28,021 nt of DNA from Candidatus Calescibacterium sp. (GTDB lineage Bacteria; Calescibacteriota; Calescibacteriia; Calescibacteriales; Calescibacteriaceae): the NCBI GenBank assembly GCA_032249135.1, contig JAVVGL010000023.1, positions 1-28,021 of the forward strand, written 5' to 3'. The notes beneath the pieces were generated by a model that saw only the letters and a program-made list of their open reading frames with translations, was not told where the DNA came from and did no database searches. Both the position numbers and the translations under genes were made by a program. Of the stretch, positions 7,325 to 16,739 are shown one piece after another; the stretch's first letter is position 1, and the number at the start of each line of letters is the position of its first letter.

Positions 7325-8353
7325 TCACAACTTATCACCAACAAAACATCTGCACGCATAACACAAAAATTTAGAGCATTTCACAAGAAAAATTTCAATA
7401 AGTCCTTGAACTTCTATCATATTCAAATTCCTCAAATTCAACGATTTTTTCGCATACCTTATTATCCTGTTTTCCTCCTCAGGAGGAAATGAAGAAAAGT
7501 AATTTAAAACTTCTTCTTTCTCATAATAGTTCAGAAGGTAAGGAACAAATACATTTACTATTATGGTTTTTAACCTACCCTCACCTAAACATGGAAAAGA
7601 AAAAGAATTTTTCCAAGCTTTAAAATCTGATTTCCTCTCAAATAGTTCTTTTACAACTGACAAAAAATCAACTTTTGATATTTCATAAAGAACTTTCAAT
7701 CTAAATTTAGGATGGTTTTGCGGACGCCCAGGATGAATTTTTAATTTTTTCAACTCATCATCAGATATTTTATCAAAACTCCCCTTATCCATTCTTTTGA
7801 CTAACTCCAAAGGATACTTTCTTGCAAAGTTAAGCATAAAGTTTTTATATCTTTCGTATCCAAGAGCTTCCGATATGAACTCCCACAAAGCCTGCTCATC
7901 TCCTACCTCCTTTATCCTTTCTTTCTGCCTTTGAGCTTTTCTTAAAAGTCTTATTTGAGCAAAACGCAAAATTTCATGCCTTTTTATGTTTTCGTTTAAT
8001 TCAGCACAGAAAAATTTTTTATCTTCGTTGAGATTTGATATTCTGTCAAGAGATATAACGACTCCCGGCAATTTAACATCTTCTTCACCAACAACATGAA
8101 CTCTGACGGACGAAAATTCAGGATTTTGATGATGTTTATGCTCAAACCAATCAGAAGATTTAAGATGGCATTCCACATCTCCCTCTATCTTCACCCCATC
8201 AACAAACACAACAGCATTTTTAAAATCAGGACCAATTCTGCTTTTCAATCCAGAAAATGCAATATATATTTCCCTTTCGCCATCATATATTCTCAGTCCG
8301 CTGGCACTTTCCCAAAATATTTGAATTTCCTCCTCAGATGAGAAAAATTTCAT
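7325..8353 (-). CDS. DUF2851-family protein
   Basis: GPDFKNA...GDVECHLKSSDWFEHKH...VHVV signature, NHP motif and C-terminal Cys cluster. Confidence 0.8.
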   Translation of the reverse strand: MKFFSSEEEIQIFWESASGLRIYDGEREIYIAFSGLKSRIGPDFKNAVVFVDGVKIEGDVECHLKSSDWFEHKHHQNPEFSSVRVHVVGEEDVKLPGVVISLDRISNLNEDKKFFCAELNENIKRHEILRFAQIRLLRKAQRQKERIKEVGDEQALWEFISEALGYERYKNFMLNFARKYPLELVKRMDKGSFDKISDDELKKLKIHPGRPQNHPKFRLKVLYEISKVDFLSVVKELFERKSDFKAWKNSFSFPCLGEGRLKTIIVNVFVPYLLNYYEKEEVLNYFSSFPPEEENRIIRYAKKSLNLRNLNMIEVQGLIEIFLVKCSKFLCYACRCFVGDKL

Positions 8354-8483
8354 TCATTAAAAATTAAGTTTTACCAATTTTTTGTTCTTCTTAACAAGAG
8401 AAATAAAAATATAAAGATAAAAGATAACAGGAATAAATAAAAAATAAAGATAAAAATTTACATCCTTTCTTTGATTTTTAAAT

Positions 8484-9185
8484 ATGATACCAATAAGGGA
8501 TGAAAATCCTTCTCGGACATTTCCCTTGATAACTTTGATTTTGATCCTATCAAATTCAATTATATGGCTATATGAGTGGTATATCAGCTGGGGCGGAGAA
8601 TTTTTCTTTGAAAGGTTCATAATGGAATTCGGTCTTGTCCCGAAAAACATTCCAGATAACCCAAAAGCTCTTATAACTCATATGTTCCTGCACGGTAGTT
8701 GGTTTCATATAATAAGCAACATGTGGGTTCTCTGGATATTTGGAGATAATGTTGAGTATGTAATGGGTAAGTTAAAGTTTATCTTGTTCTATATTTTGTG
8801 CGGATTAGGAGCGGCAGCTTTGCAAGTTATCGTAAGCTTGATATTTGGCGGTGAAGAAACTCCGATGGTTGGAGCAAGCGGAGCTATAAGCGGAGTACTT
8901 GCAGCATATATGAAATTTTTTCCCGGAGCAAGAATTGTTTCGCTCGTTCCATTTCTCTTCTATATTTATTTTGCTCGTATCCCAGCATTAATATTTATAG
9001 GTTTCTGGTTTCTAAGCCAGATAATAAATGGAGTTTTATTTTTGCCATTCTCTGGACTTGGCGGTGTAGCTTGGTGGGCTCATATAGGTGGATTTATTTT
9101 CGGACTCTGGTTAGCCCCCAAATTTGCTGATATAACAAAACTAAAAACAAGAAAAAGAATAATAAGAATAGTTAGAATAAACTGA
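8484..9185 (+). CDS. Rhomboid family intramembrane serine protease
   Basis: HMFLHGSWFHIISNM, FGDNVE, GASGAI and WAHIGG (Ser/His dyad). Confidence 0.95.
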   Translation: MIPIRDENPSRTFPLITLILILSNSIIWLYEWYISWGGEFFFERFIMEFGLVPKNIPDNPKALITHMFLHGSWFHIISNMWVLWIFGDNVEYVMGKLKFILFYILCGLGAAALQVIVSLIFGGEETPMVGASGAISGVLAAYMKFFPGARIVSLVPFLFYIYFARIPALIFIGFWFLSQIINGVLFLPFSGLGGVAWWAHIGGFIFGLWLAPKFADITKLKTRKRIIRIVRIN

Positions 9186-9273
9186 AAAATAGCTAGAAAA
9201 AACTGAGCAATATGAAAAAATGAAAAACAATAAAAAAATGACAAAAAAACAAAAACCAGCTGAAAACAAAAAT

Positions 9274-10230
9274 TCATAAATCAATAAAACTTAAAAAGTC
9301 TTTAATATCTGAAATCGTTCCAAATGAGAAAACACGCAAAGAAGGTTCTATTTTCTTTACAAGAGATGACAAAACTTTTCCGGGACCTACTTCACAAAAA
9401 GAATAAAAGCCATTTTCCACGAGCTTCTTTACCGCTCCCAAAAAATTTACCTTGTGTACTATTCCGGAAAGCAAGGTTTCTTTTACATTATCTTCTGAAT
9501 AAAATTCCAAGGTGTGAGCAGAAATGACGGGAAAATTCAATTTTTTTATTTCGATTGAACTCATAATTTTAGATAATTTTTCGCGAGCCGGTTCCATAAG
9601 CGGACAATGAAACGGAGCAGAAACTCTCAAGGGAACAAATCTCACTTTCAAAGATTTTAATATCTCGCTGAAAATTTTTATTCCTTCTGATTTACCGGAA
9701 ACAACAACCTGGTTTTGCGAATTTATATTTGCAATCCACACATCCTTTATCTGGTAGTTTTGTAGTAGATTTTCAACTTGGTCAGTATCTGCCATAACGG
9801 CAAGCATAGCGCCCTCCCCTGGCGGAACGGCTTCCTGCATAAATTTTCCTCTCGCTCTCACAAGTTTAACTCCATCTTCAAATGAAATAGCACCAGCAGC
9901 ACATATTGCTGTGTACTCCCCTAAACTGTGCCCTAACCCAACTACTAAATTATTTATATCAACCCCAATTTTTTTGAGCTCCTCTTTTATGAACTGGAAA
10001 AGAGCAAAACTTAAAGTAAAAATTGCAGGTTGAGCATTTTCAGTAAGATTCAATTTTTCCTCAGGTCCTGAAAACATAATTTCAGAAATATTATCTCCTA
10101 AAACTTCGTCAGCTCTTTTTATAAAGTAAGATACCAAAGCAGAATCCACACAGTCTTTTCCCATTCCTACAAATTGACTACCCTGTCCCGGAAACAGGAA
10201 AACAATTTTTTTAGAGTGGGATATTTCCAT
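9274..10230 (-). CDS. fabD: Malonyl-CoA:ACP transacylase
   Basis: FPGQGSQ, GHSLGE, VSAPFHC and EVGPGKVL motifs. Confidence 0.96.
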   Translation of the reverse strand: MEISHSKKIVFLFPGQGSQFVGMGKDCVDSALVSYFIKRADEVLGDNISEIMFSGPEEKLNLTENAQPAIFTLSFALFQFIKEELKKIGVDINNLVVGLGHSLGEYTAICAAGAISFEDGVKLVRARGKFMQEAVPPGEGAMLAVMADTDQVENLLQNYQIKDVWIANINSQNQVVVSGKSEGIKIFSEILKSLKVRFVPLRVSAPFHCPLMEPAREKLSKIMSSIEIKKLNFPVISAHTLEFYSEDNVKETLLSGIVHKVNFLGAVKKLVENGFYSFCEVGPGKVLSSLVKKIEPSLRVFSFGTISDIKDFLSFIDL

Positions 10231-11776
10231 GCTTTTTAGGTGGGAGTTTTTCTATTTTGTCTTCCAACGCTTTCAAAGCAGCAGCTATTTTTTTTCTTAC
10301 ATCTTCTGGTCTTATAACATCATCTATGAAACCCAAAGATGCAGCTTTCCAGGGATTTGCAAATTTCATTTTGTATTCTTCTATGAATTTAGCTCGCGCT
10401 TCTTCCGGTTTTTTTGCAGATTTGATTTCTTTCCTAAAAATTACGTCAACAGCTCCCTCAGGCCCCATTACAGCAATTTCTGCTTGTGGCAAAGCAAAAA
10501 CAACATCTGCCAAAAGATGCCTTGAACCCATAACCACATATGCTCCTCCATAAGCTTTCCTCATTATTAAAGTTATTTTTGGAACTGTTGCTTCTGCATA
10601 CGCATAAAGGAGTTTAGCTCCCCTTCTTATTATTCCGTTATGCTCTTGCGCAATTCCCGGAAGGAATCCAGGAACATCAACAAATGTTATGATAGGAATG
10701 TTGAAGCAATCACAAAATCTTACAAACCTTGCAGCTTTTTCAGAGGAGTTTATGTCAAGACATCCCGCAAGATGCGCAGGATTATTCGCAACTATTCCCA
10801 CAACTTTTCCTCCTATTCTTGCAAAACCAATTACTATATTTTGAGCAAAATCTTTCTGAACTTCAAAGAAAGAATCCCTATCAACAACAACATTTATAAC
10901 ATCCCTTACATCAAAAGCTATATTTGGGTCCTCAGGAATTATAGATTTTAACTCTTCTGTTGACCTATTTTCAGGATCTTCTGATGGCACAAATGGAGGA
11001 TCTTCAAGGTAGTTTCTTGGCAGATAAGAAAGAAGTTTTCTTATTTTTTCTATACAATCTTCATCATTTGCTGCAATAAAATGAGCAACACCAGATTTTT
11101 CCATATGAACTTCTGGACCGCCCAACTCTTCTTTTGTCACCTCCTCAAATGTTGCAGCTTTCACAACATCAGGACCAGTTATGAACATATAACTTGTTTT
11201 TTTGACCATAAAAATAAAGTCTGTTACGGCAGGAGAATAAACAGCTCCACCTGCGCAAGGTCCCATAATAGCGGAGATCTGTGGTATAACGCCTGAATAC
11301 CTTACATTTCTCAAAAATATGTCCCCATATCCTCCCAGCGAAAGTACTCCTTCTTGAATTCTGGCACCACCTGAATCATTTAGTCCTATTATTGGAGACC
11401 CCGTTTTTGCAGCCATATCAAAGATCTTGCAAACTTTTTTTGCGAACATCTCCCCGAGCGATCCCCCAAAAACTGTAAAATCTTGCGAGAAAGCAAAAAC
11501 TAATCTTCCATCTATTTTACCGTAACCAACTATAACTCCATCTCCTAAAACCTTTTTGCTTTCCATACCAAAGTCTGTTATTCTATGTTCAACAAACCTA
11601 TCTATTTCTTCAAATGTTCCTTCGTCAAATAGAAGGTTTATTCTCTCACGAGCTGTAAGTTTTCCCTCTCTGTGCTGCTTTTCTATTTTGTCTTTTCCAC
11701 CAGCTTCAAGCAAAAGAGCTTCCTTTTCCAAAAGTATTTCATATTTTGTTTTTTTAGTTTTTTCGTCTTTCATCAT
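10211..11776 (-). CDS. Acyl-CoA carboxylase carboxyltransferase (beta) subunit, single-chain PccB/AccB type
   Basis: [44 protein letters not shown] and [17 protein letters not shown]. Confidence 0.93.
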   Translation of the reverse strand: MMKDEKTKKTKYEILLEKEALLLEAGGKDKIEKQHREGKLTARERINLLFDEGTFEEIDRFVEHRITDFGMESKKVLGDGVIVGYGKIDGRLVFAFSQDFTVFGGSLGEMFAKKVCKIFDMAAKTGSPIIGLNDSGGARIQEGVLSLGGYGDIFLRNVRYSGVIPQISAIMGPCAGGAVYSPAVTDFIFMVKKTSYMFITGPDVVKAATFEEVTKEELGGPEVHMEKSGVAHFIAANDEDCIEKIRKLLSYLPRNYLEDPPFVPSEDPENRSTEELKSIIPEDPNIAFDVRDVINVVVDRDSFFEVQKDFAQNIVIGFARIGGKVVGIVANNPAHLAGCLDINSSEKAARFVRFCDCFNIPIITFVDVPGFLPGIAQEHNGIIRRGAKLLYAYAEATVPKITLIMRKAYGGAYVVMGSRHLLADVVFALPQAEIAVMGPEGAVDVIFRKEIKSAKKPEEARAKFIEEYKMKFANPWKAASLGFIDDVIRPEDVRKKIAAALKALEDKIEKLPPKKHGNIPL

Positions 11777-11817
11777 ACAATTTACCTCCTTTTTTACCAG
11801 AATTATGAAGTTTTAGG

Positions 11818-11841
11818 AATTTACAAAAGTTTTTGTAAATT
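11818..11841. promoter_or_regulatory. Perfect 11-bp inverted repeat in a divergent promoter region (candidate operator)
   Basis: AATTTACAAAA-GT-TTTTGTAAATT between the carboxyltransferase and MFS starts. Confidence 0.5.
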
Positions 11842-11919
11842 TTGAAATTTTTAGTTTCAAAGTTTCCAAGGTGACTGCAAAAATAGAAAATAAGAAGTTA
11901 AGCCTTACAAAGTTCTACT

Positions 11920-13098
11920 ATGAAAATAATTTTGCTCTTGGGATTAGTTTCTTTGTTTGCAGATATAACATATGAGAGTGCAAGAAGTATATCCGGTCCA
12001 TTTCTTGCGAGCCTAGGTGCGGGTGCATTTTTGATATCTTTCGTAGGAGGATTAGGAGAATTCATAGGATATGGTCTGCGAATATTTGCAGGATATATAT
12101 CAGATAAACTCAAAAATTATTGGGGCTTGACAATTTTAGGATATTTTCTTGGTCTTTTCTCCCTGCCCTTACTTGCATTCGCACAAAATTGGCAATTCGC
12201 TATCACACTAATTTTAGCAGAAAGATTTGGGAAAGCTATAAGGAGCCCTGCAAGAGATACGATTTTATCTTTGGCGTCAAAAAAGTTGGGATATGGCAAA
12301 GGTTTTGCAATTCACGAAGCATTAGATCAAATAGGCTCAGTAGCTGGACCATTTTTTATTTCCTTTATATTGGCAAATTTCGGGTACAAGCCCTCTTTTT
12401 TTGTACTCTTTATTCCTGCTATTTTATCTTTTTTACTCCTCATATCAGCTGAAAGAGTTTACAAGAAAATATATAAAGACGAGGATTTGAAAGAAGAAAA
12501 AGAATCAAATCACATATCAGAAATTAAGAAAAGTAAAGAGTGGAAGAAAATACCAGTCATTTTATTTTTTATTTTTTCTACCATGACTATTTTTTCTGCT
12601 CTCAACTTTCAGCTCATATCTTATCATATGAAAGTAAGCGGAGTCAAAGATCACATCATTCCTCAACTCTTTGCATTAGCTATGATAGTAGATGCAATAT
12701 CAGCAATACCGATTGGATTGATTTTTGATAAATTGAAAGATAGATGGAAATTATTAGTTCTTTGTGCTATGCCGATATCTGCCACAATTTCAAACATACT
12801 TATTTTTTCAAAGAGTTTTTACATAGGTTGTTTAATTTGGGGATTTTATATAGGAATGACAGAAAGCGTAATGAGATCAGCAGTAGCTCAAATAACACCA
12901 GAACAAAAAAGAGGAATTATGTTCGGAATTTTCCACACACTGTACGGGATATCTTTTTTAGTTGGAGGTTCAGTTTTTGGTAAAATCTATCCAGATATTG
13001 GGAAAATACTGACTTTGGTTTTCGTATCCCAAACGCTATCTTTATTTTTTCTCTTTTTGACTATGCTCTCCCTAAATACTCGTTCGTTTCAGGATTAA
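11920..13098 (+). CDS. MFS transporter
   Basis: About 12 hydrophobic segments; AGYISDKL (motif A-like) and ERFGKAIRSPARD. Confidence 0.92.
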   Translation: MKIILLLGLVSLFADITYESARSISGPFLASLGAGAFLISFVGGLGEFIGYGLRIFAGYISDKLKNYWGLTILGYFLGLFSLPLLAFAQNWQFAITLILAERFGKAIRSPARDTILSLASKKLGYGKGFAIHEALDQIGSVAGPFFISFILANFGYKPSFFVLFIPAILSFLLLISAERVYKKIYKDEDLKEEKESNHISEIKKSKEWKKIPVILFFIFSTMTIFSALNFQLISYHMKVSGVKDHIIPQLFALAMIVDAISAIPIGLIFDKLKDRWKLLVLCAMPISATISNILIFSKSFYIGCLIWGFYIGMTESVMRSAVAQITPEQKRGIMFGIFHTLYGISFLVGGSVFGKIYPDIGKILTLVFVSQTLSLFFLFLTMLSLNTRSFQD

Positions 13099-13615
13099 CC
13101 TTTATTTTCTCGCCTTTTTTAACATGTAAAGGGACATAAATTACTACTCCGTTTGACAAAGTTGCAGGTTTCACTCCACCTGCCTCTGTATCTCCTCTAA
13201 CTCCCGGAGGAGTATCAACAACCTCAATCTCAACAACTTTTGGGAGCCTTATCGCAACCGGCACTTGATTTGCTACGATTATCTGAAATTCTATTCCCTC
13301 TATAAACCATGGTGATATATCTTCAACTGCTTCTCTTTTGAACCTATACTCTTCATAAGTTTGAGAGTCAATAAAAACAAATTCATCACCATCAGAATAC
13401 AAAAATTTAGCATACCTTAAACTTGCATCGGGAGATTTCAGCTCATCAGATGAAACGAATGTTCTTTCTATAACTTTCCCTGTCACAGTTTCTTTGAGTT
13501 TTGTTTTAACATGAGGCTGTCTTTGAGCTACTTTCTGCCTTTCTACTTCAATAACTTCATATATTTTACCTTCAAGTTCCACGAACATGCCCGCTTTAAG
13601 ATCTCCTGCCCTCAT
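13061..13615 (-). CDS. efp: Elongation factor P (non-canonical loop)
   Basis: RAGDLKAG, KTKLK...TG, FLYSDGD, PGVRGDT, KPATL and EYLGRA. Start trimmed to ATG 13615, giving a typical EF-P length of 184 aa. Confidence 0.9.
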   Translation of the reverse strand: MRAGDLKAGMFVELEGKIYEVIEVERQKVAQRQPHVKTKLKETVTGKVIERTFVSSDELKSPDASLRYAKFLYSDGDEFVFIDSQTYEEYRFKREAVEDISPWFIEGIEFQIIVANQVPVAIRLPKVVEIEVVDTPPGVRGDTEAGGVKPATLSNGVVIYVPLHVKKGEKIKVNPETNEYLGRA

Positions 13616-13688
13616 ACAAAAAATTTTTAATAAAAGTTTTTTTAGAGTATGAAAAGATAGAAAAATAAAATAATCACCCATCAAAAAA

Positions 13689-14291
13689 TCAAAATCTTAC
13701 TATATGAATTGGGTTATCTGAAACTGATATTTTGAATGTGTAAGGATTAAGATTTACCCAAATTTTCTTTTCAAGCTCAATTTCAAGTAATGGGACTTTT
13801 GCAGGTTGAAATACTATCTCAACCTCTTTTCCAAAAGTTTCCTCTCCGTCAACAAATACTTCTGTTATTTCAGATGAGACTTTCAACTCTTTTGTTTTTT
13901 TCCATTCGCAAGCACCAGAAAGAGATTCAATGGGCTGCCCCAAAAATGGGAATAAAAAAGTTTCTTTGAGCTGTTTTTGAATTTTTTCAAGTTTTTGTTT
14001 TTCTTCTTCTTTCATTCCTAACGGGACACAGTCGTGAAGTTCAAATTTTTTTTCTTGTCTCAAAATAACAAGCTTTAAACTTTTTTTATTTCTTGATGTA
14101 GTATCTATTATATTTGTGAGAAAATTAGAAATCCTTCTTGCCTGAGCTTTAATCTCCTCCTCCTTGAATATCGGTATTTTGGGGAATATAAGACCAAAAA
14201 ATAAGGCTATAATTGCTACAACTACTGAGATCTCAATAAGGGTAAAAGATTTTCTATACTGCTGAAATCGCTTACTCTGCTGAAATATCAT
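13689..14291 (-). CDS. Prepilin-type N-terminal cleavage/methylation protein (GspH-like minor pseudopilin)
   Basis: KS|FTLIEISVVVAIIALF class III signal; overlaps the end of gspG. Confidence 0.75.
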   Translation of the reverse strand: MIFQQSKRFQQYRKSFTLIEISVVVAIIALFFGLIFPKIPIFKEEEIKAQARRISNFLTNIIDTTSRNKKSLKLVILRQEKKFELHDCVPLGMKEEEKQKLEKIQKQLKETFLFPFLGQPIESLSGACEWKKTKELKVSSEITEVFVDGEETFGKEVEIVFQPAKVPLLEIELEKKIWVNLNPYTFKISVSDNPIHIVRF

Positions 14292-14664
14292 CGGCGGTTC
14301 CGAGAGTTTTATCTGGTCCTGGGGATTTTAGTGTGAAAGTATTTCCATCTGAAACATAGTAGTAGTCAGAACCCCACGGGTCTTTTGGTATTTGTTTGCC
14401 TTTGAGATATCCACCGGAAACCAAAGCTTGTAATCCCTCATCTGTTGTCGGATATCTTCCGTTTTCCATCCTATAAAGTTCAATAGCTTGCTGTATCATT
14501 GTAATTTGAGTCTTGGCTGTTCTTTCTCTTGCTCTCTCAAAGTATCTTACAACATTTATTCCAACAAGTCCAGCAAGCAAACCTATTATAAGAACAACAA
14601 CCATTATTTCTATTAAAGTGAAAGCCTGTTTTTGCTTTTTTCTTTCCCTCTTCACCATAACCAT
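14272..14664 (-). CDS. gspG: Type II secretion major pseudopilin GspG
   Basis: A|FTLIEIMVVVLIIGLLA, YPTTDEGLQAL, PKDPWGSDY and SPGPD...TADDI. Confidence 0.92.
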   Translation of the reverse strand: MVMVKRERKKQKQAFTLIEIMVVVLIIGLLAGLVGINVVRYFERARERTAKTQITMIQQAIELYRMENGRYPTTDEGLQALVSGGYLKGKQIPKDPWGSDYYYVSDGNTFTLKSPGPDKTLGTADDISAE

Positions 14665-14877
14665 ATATATAAAAAATTATTTTTTCATCCACAGAAATGC
14701 TAAATTTCAAGCATTATTAATTAACCCAAGTGTATAAATAATGTAGAAATAATCAGGTCATAATCTGCCAACTCAAATATAAATCTAATTGCTCACAGAA
14801 TTCCTACCTTAAAGGAGCAGAATTTAAAAGAGTTGAATGAGAAATCTCCTAATGAAAAATCTCCTATAAAAGCATAT

Positions 14878-15570
14878 TTATTCACCGCCAAGGTGTTTTT
14901 TTAGGAAATTGACCATCATAGCCCATGCATCTTTTGCAGATGGTTCATGATAAACCTCGGGTCTTTTTTCATTTAGAAAAGCGTGATTGACGCCCGGATA
15001 GACTTTGAGTTGTACTTCAACTCCGTTTCGCCAAACCTTTTTTGCAAGCTCAATAACATCATCATTGTTTACGAACTCATCTTTTTCTGCAAGAATAAAG
15101 AATATGGGTATCTTTATATTTTCCGGTTTTATTGGAGCGAGTTGGGGAAGGCCATAAAATGGGCAAGCCGCATTCAAAATATCAGAGAAAATGGAAGCAA
15201 AATACATTGTCAAAGTTCCACCACAACAAAATCCAATTACTCCGACTTTTTTTGGAGAAACTTTATCTAAACTTTTAAGATATTCAACTGCAACTTTGAA
15301 TGTATTTGATACTTCCTCAAGGCGATTTTGGAACATATCTGTCATAAGCTGACCTGCATCGTTAGGATTATCTACAACTTTACCTTTGTATAAATCTAAT
15401 GCCAGAACAGAAAAACCTTCTTTTGATAACCTATCTGCAACTCCCTTTATTTGTTCATTCAGCCCCCACCATTCATGTAAAACTATAACTGCTGGCGCTC
15501 TCCTGCGAGGAACAGAAAAATATCCCATAATCTCCACTCCATTTTTTTGAAACTTTATATCTTTTCCCAT
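14878..15570 (-). CDS. Dienelactone hydrolase family protein
   Basis: HEWWGLN, GFCCGG nucleophile elbow, EKD and HAFLN; AGGAGG RBS. Confidence 0.92.
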   Translation of the reverse strand: MGKDIKFQKNGVEIMGYFSVPRRRAPAVIVLHEWWGLNEQIKGVADRLSKEGFSVLALDLYKGKVVDNPNDAGQLMTDMFQNRLEEVSNTFKVAVEYLKSLDKVSPKKVGVIGFCCGGTLTMYFASIFSDILNAACPFYGLPQLAPIKPENIKIPIFFILAEKDEFVNNDDVIELAKKVWRNGVEVQLKVYPGVNHAFLNEKRPEVYHEPSAKDAWAMMVNFLKKHLGGE

Positions 15571-15650
15571 CGTAATTCCACCTCCTTTCGATTTTGAATT
15601 TTATTCTAACGAATAAAATTGTTTTTTTGGAATTTGCGAAAATTTTGCCA

Positions 15651-16703
15651 CTATTTACACACTAATGCAAATCTTCCAAGAGCATTTTTATTTTTCATTT
15701 TTAAGTGAGCATCAATGGCTCTTTCAAGTGGGAATTCTTCTGAAATAATTGGTCGCACTTTACCCGACTCAATAAGTCGGAAAAGATTTTGAAGCTCATT
15801 CAGATTTATTCCTACCGAACCTTTTAATTTAAGTTCTCTCAAAATAACCATTCCCGGATTAAGAGAATATCTATCTACCTTTATATTTCCTATAAGAACG
15901 AGCGTTCCGCCCAATTTCAGGCTTCTTATAGCTCCTTCAAGCCCAACAGAACCAGTATTTTCTATCACGACATCAACCCCTTTTCCTCCTGTTCTTTTCA
16001 TCACTTCATCATTAAATCTCATATCTTCTGATAAAATCACTTCATCCGCTCCGAACTCTTTTAGTTTTTCAACTTTGCTTTTTGATGAAGTTACAGCTAA
16101 AACATATGCCCCAGATGATTTTGCTATTTGGATTGCGTGCAAACCAACTCCTCCGCTTGCTCCCGTTATAAGTACAACATCGCCAGGTTTAACTTCCCCC
16201 TGATGAACAATTGCTCTATATGCCGTTCCGACCGCACAAAAAATTATAGAAAGTTGAGAATAAGATAAAATTTTAATAAGATTTTCTGGAACCTTCACAA
16301 AAGCAGACCAGTGAGCTTTGATATATTCGGAGTATCCACCTGGCATGGTATGAACAAACCTTCCTGCTCTTGTGCAAAGGTTATCTTTTCCAGAAAGACA
16401 CAACTCACATCTTCCGCAAAACGGTCCGTGCCTTGATATAACAACATCTCCCTCTGAAAAGGGAGGAATATCTGTGTTACCAACTTTTACCTTTTCAATA
16501 ACGCCACATATTTCATGTCCCGGGACTGTTGGCAGGATCGTATATTTGAAACCTCCTTCTATGTCTATTATATCTCTATAACATACACCACATGATAAAA
16601 CTTTTACAAGAACTTCTCCCTCCGCAAGTTCTCCTATGTCAAATTCTTTGAATGATATTCCGTCATACCCGAATTTTTCAAGAACCCATGCTTTTGTTTT
16701 CAT
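15651..16703 (-). CDS. Zn-dependent medium-chain dehydrogenase/reductase (acryloyl-CoA reductase-like subgroup)
   Basis: CYRD, GHE, structural Zn CGRCELC-x7-C and TGASGGVG. Confidence 0.85.
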   Translation of the reverse strand: MKTKAWVLEKFGYDGISFKEFDIGELAEGEVLVKVLSCGVCYRDIIDIEGGFKYTILPTVPGHEICGVIEKVKVGNTDIPPFSEGDVVISRHGPFCGRCELCLSGKDNLCTRAGRFVHTMPGGYSEYIKAHWSAFVKVPENLIKILSYSQLSIIFCAVGTAYRAIVHQGEVKPGDVVLITGASGGVGLHAIQIAKSSGAYVLAVTSSKSKVEKLKEFGADEVILSEDMRFNDEVMKRTGGKGVDVVIENTGSVGLEGAIRSLKLGGTLVLIGNIKVDRYSLNPGMVILRELKLKGSVGINLNELQNLFRLIESGKVRPIISEEFPLERAIDAHLKMKNKNALGRFALVCK

Positions 16704-16739
16704 TTCAAAAAGTATAATCCAAATAGAAGGGAATGAGAT

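Noticed and set aside
7233..7400. tRNA-Leu as an integration site for an island
   Set aside because: I found no integrase and no second copy of the tRNA 3' end in the window, and the flanking genes are housekeeping-like.
7265..7492. 75-aa ORF on the plus strand
   Set aside because: It overlaps the tRNA and is antisense to DUF2851, so it is a shadow ORF.
14684..14692. TCATCCACA resembling a DnaA box
   Set aside because: It is a single mismatched copy with no cluster and no origin-linked genes.
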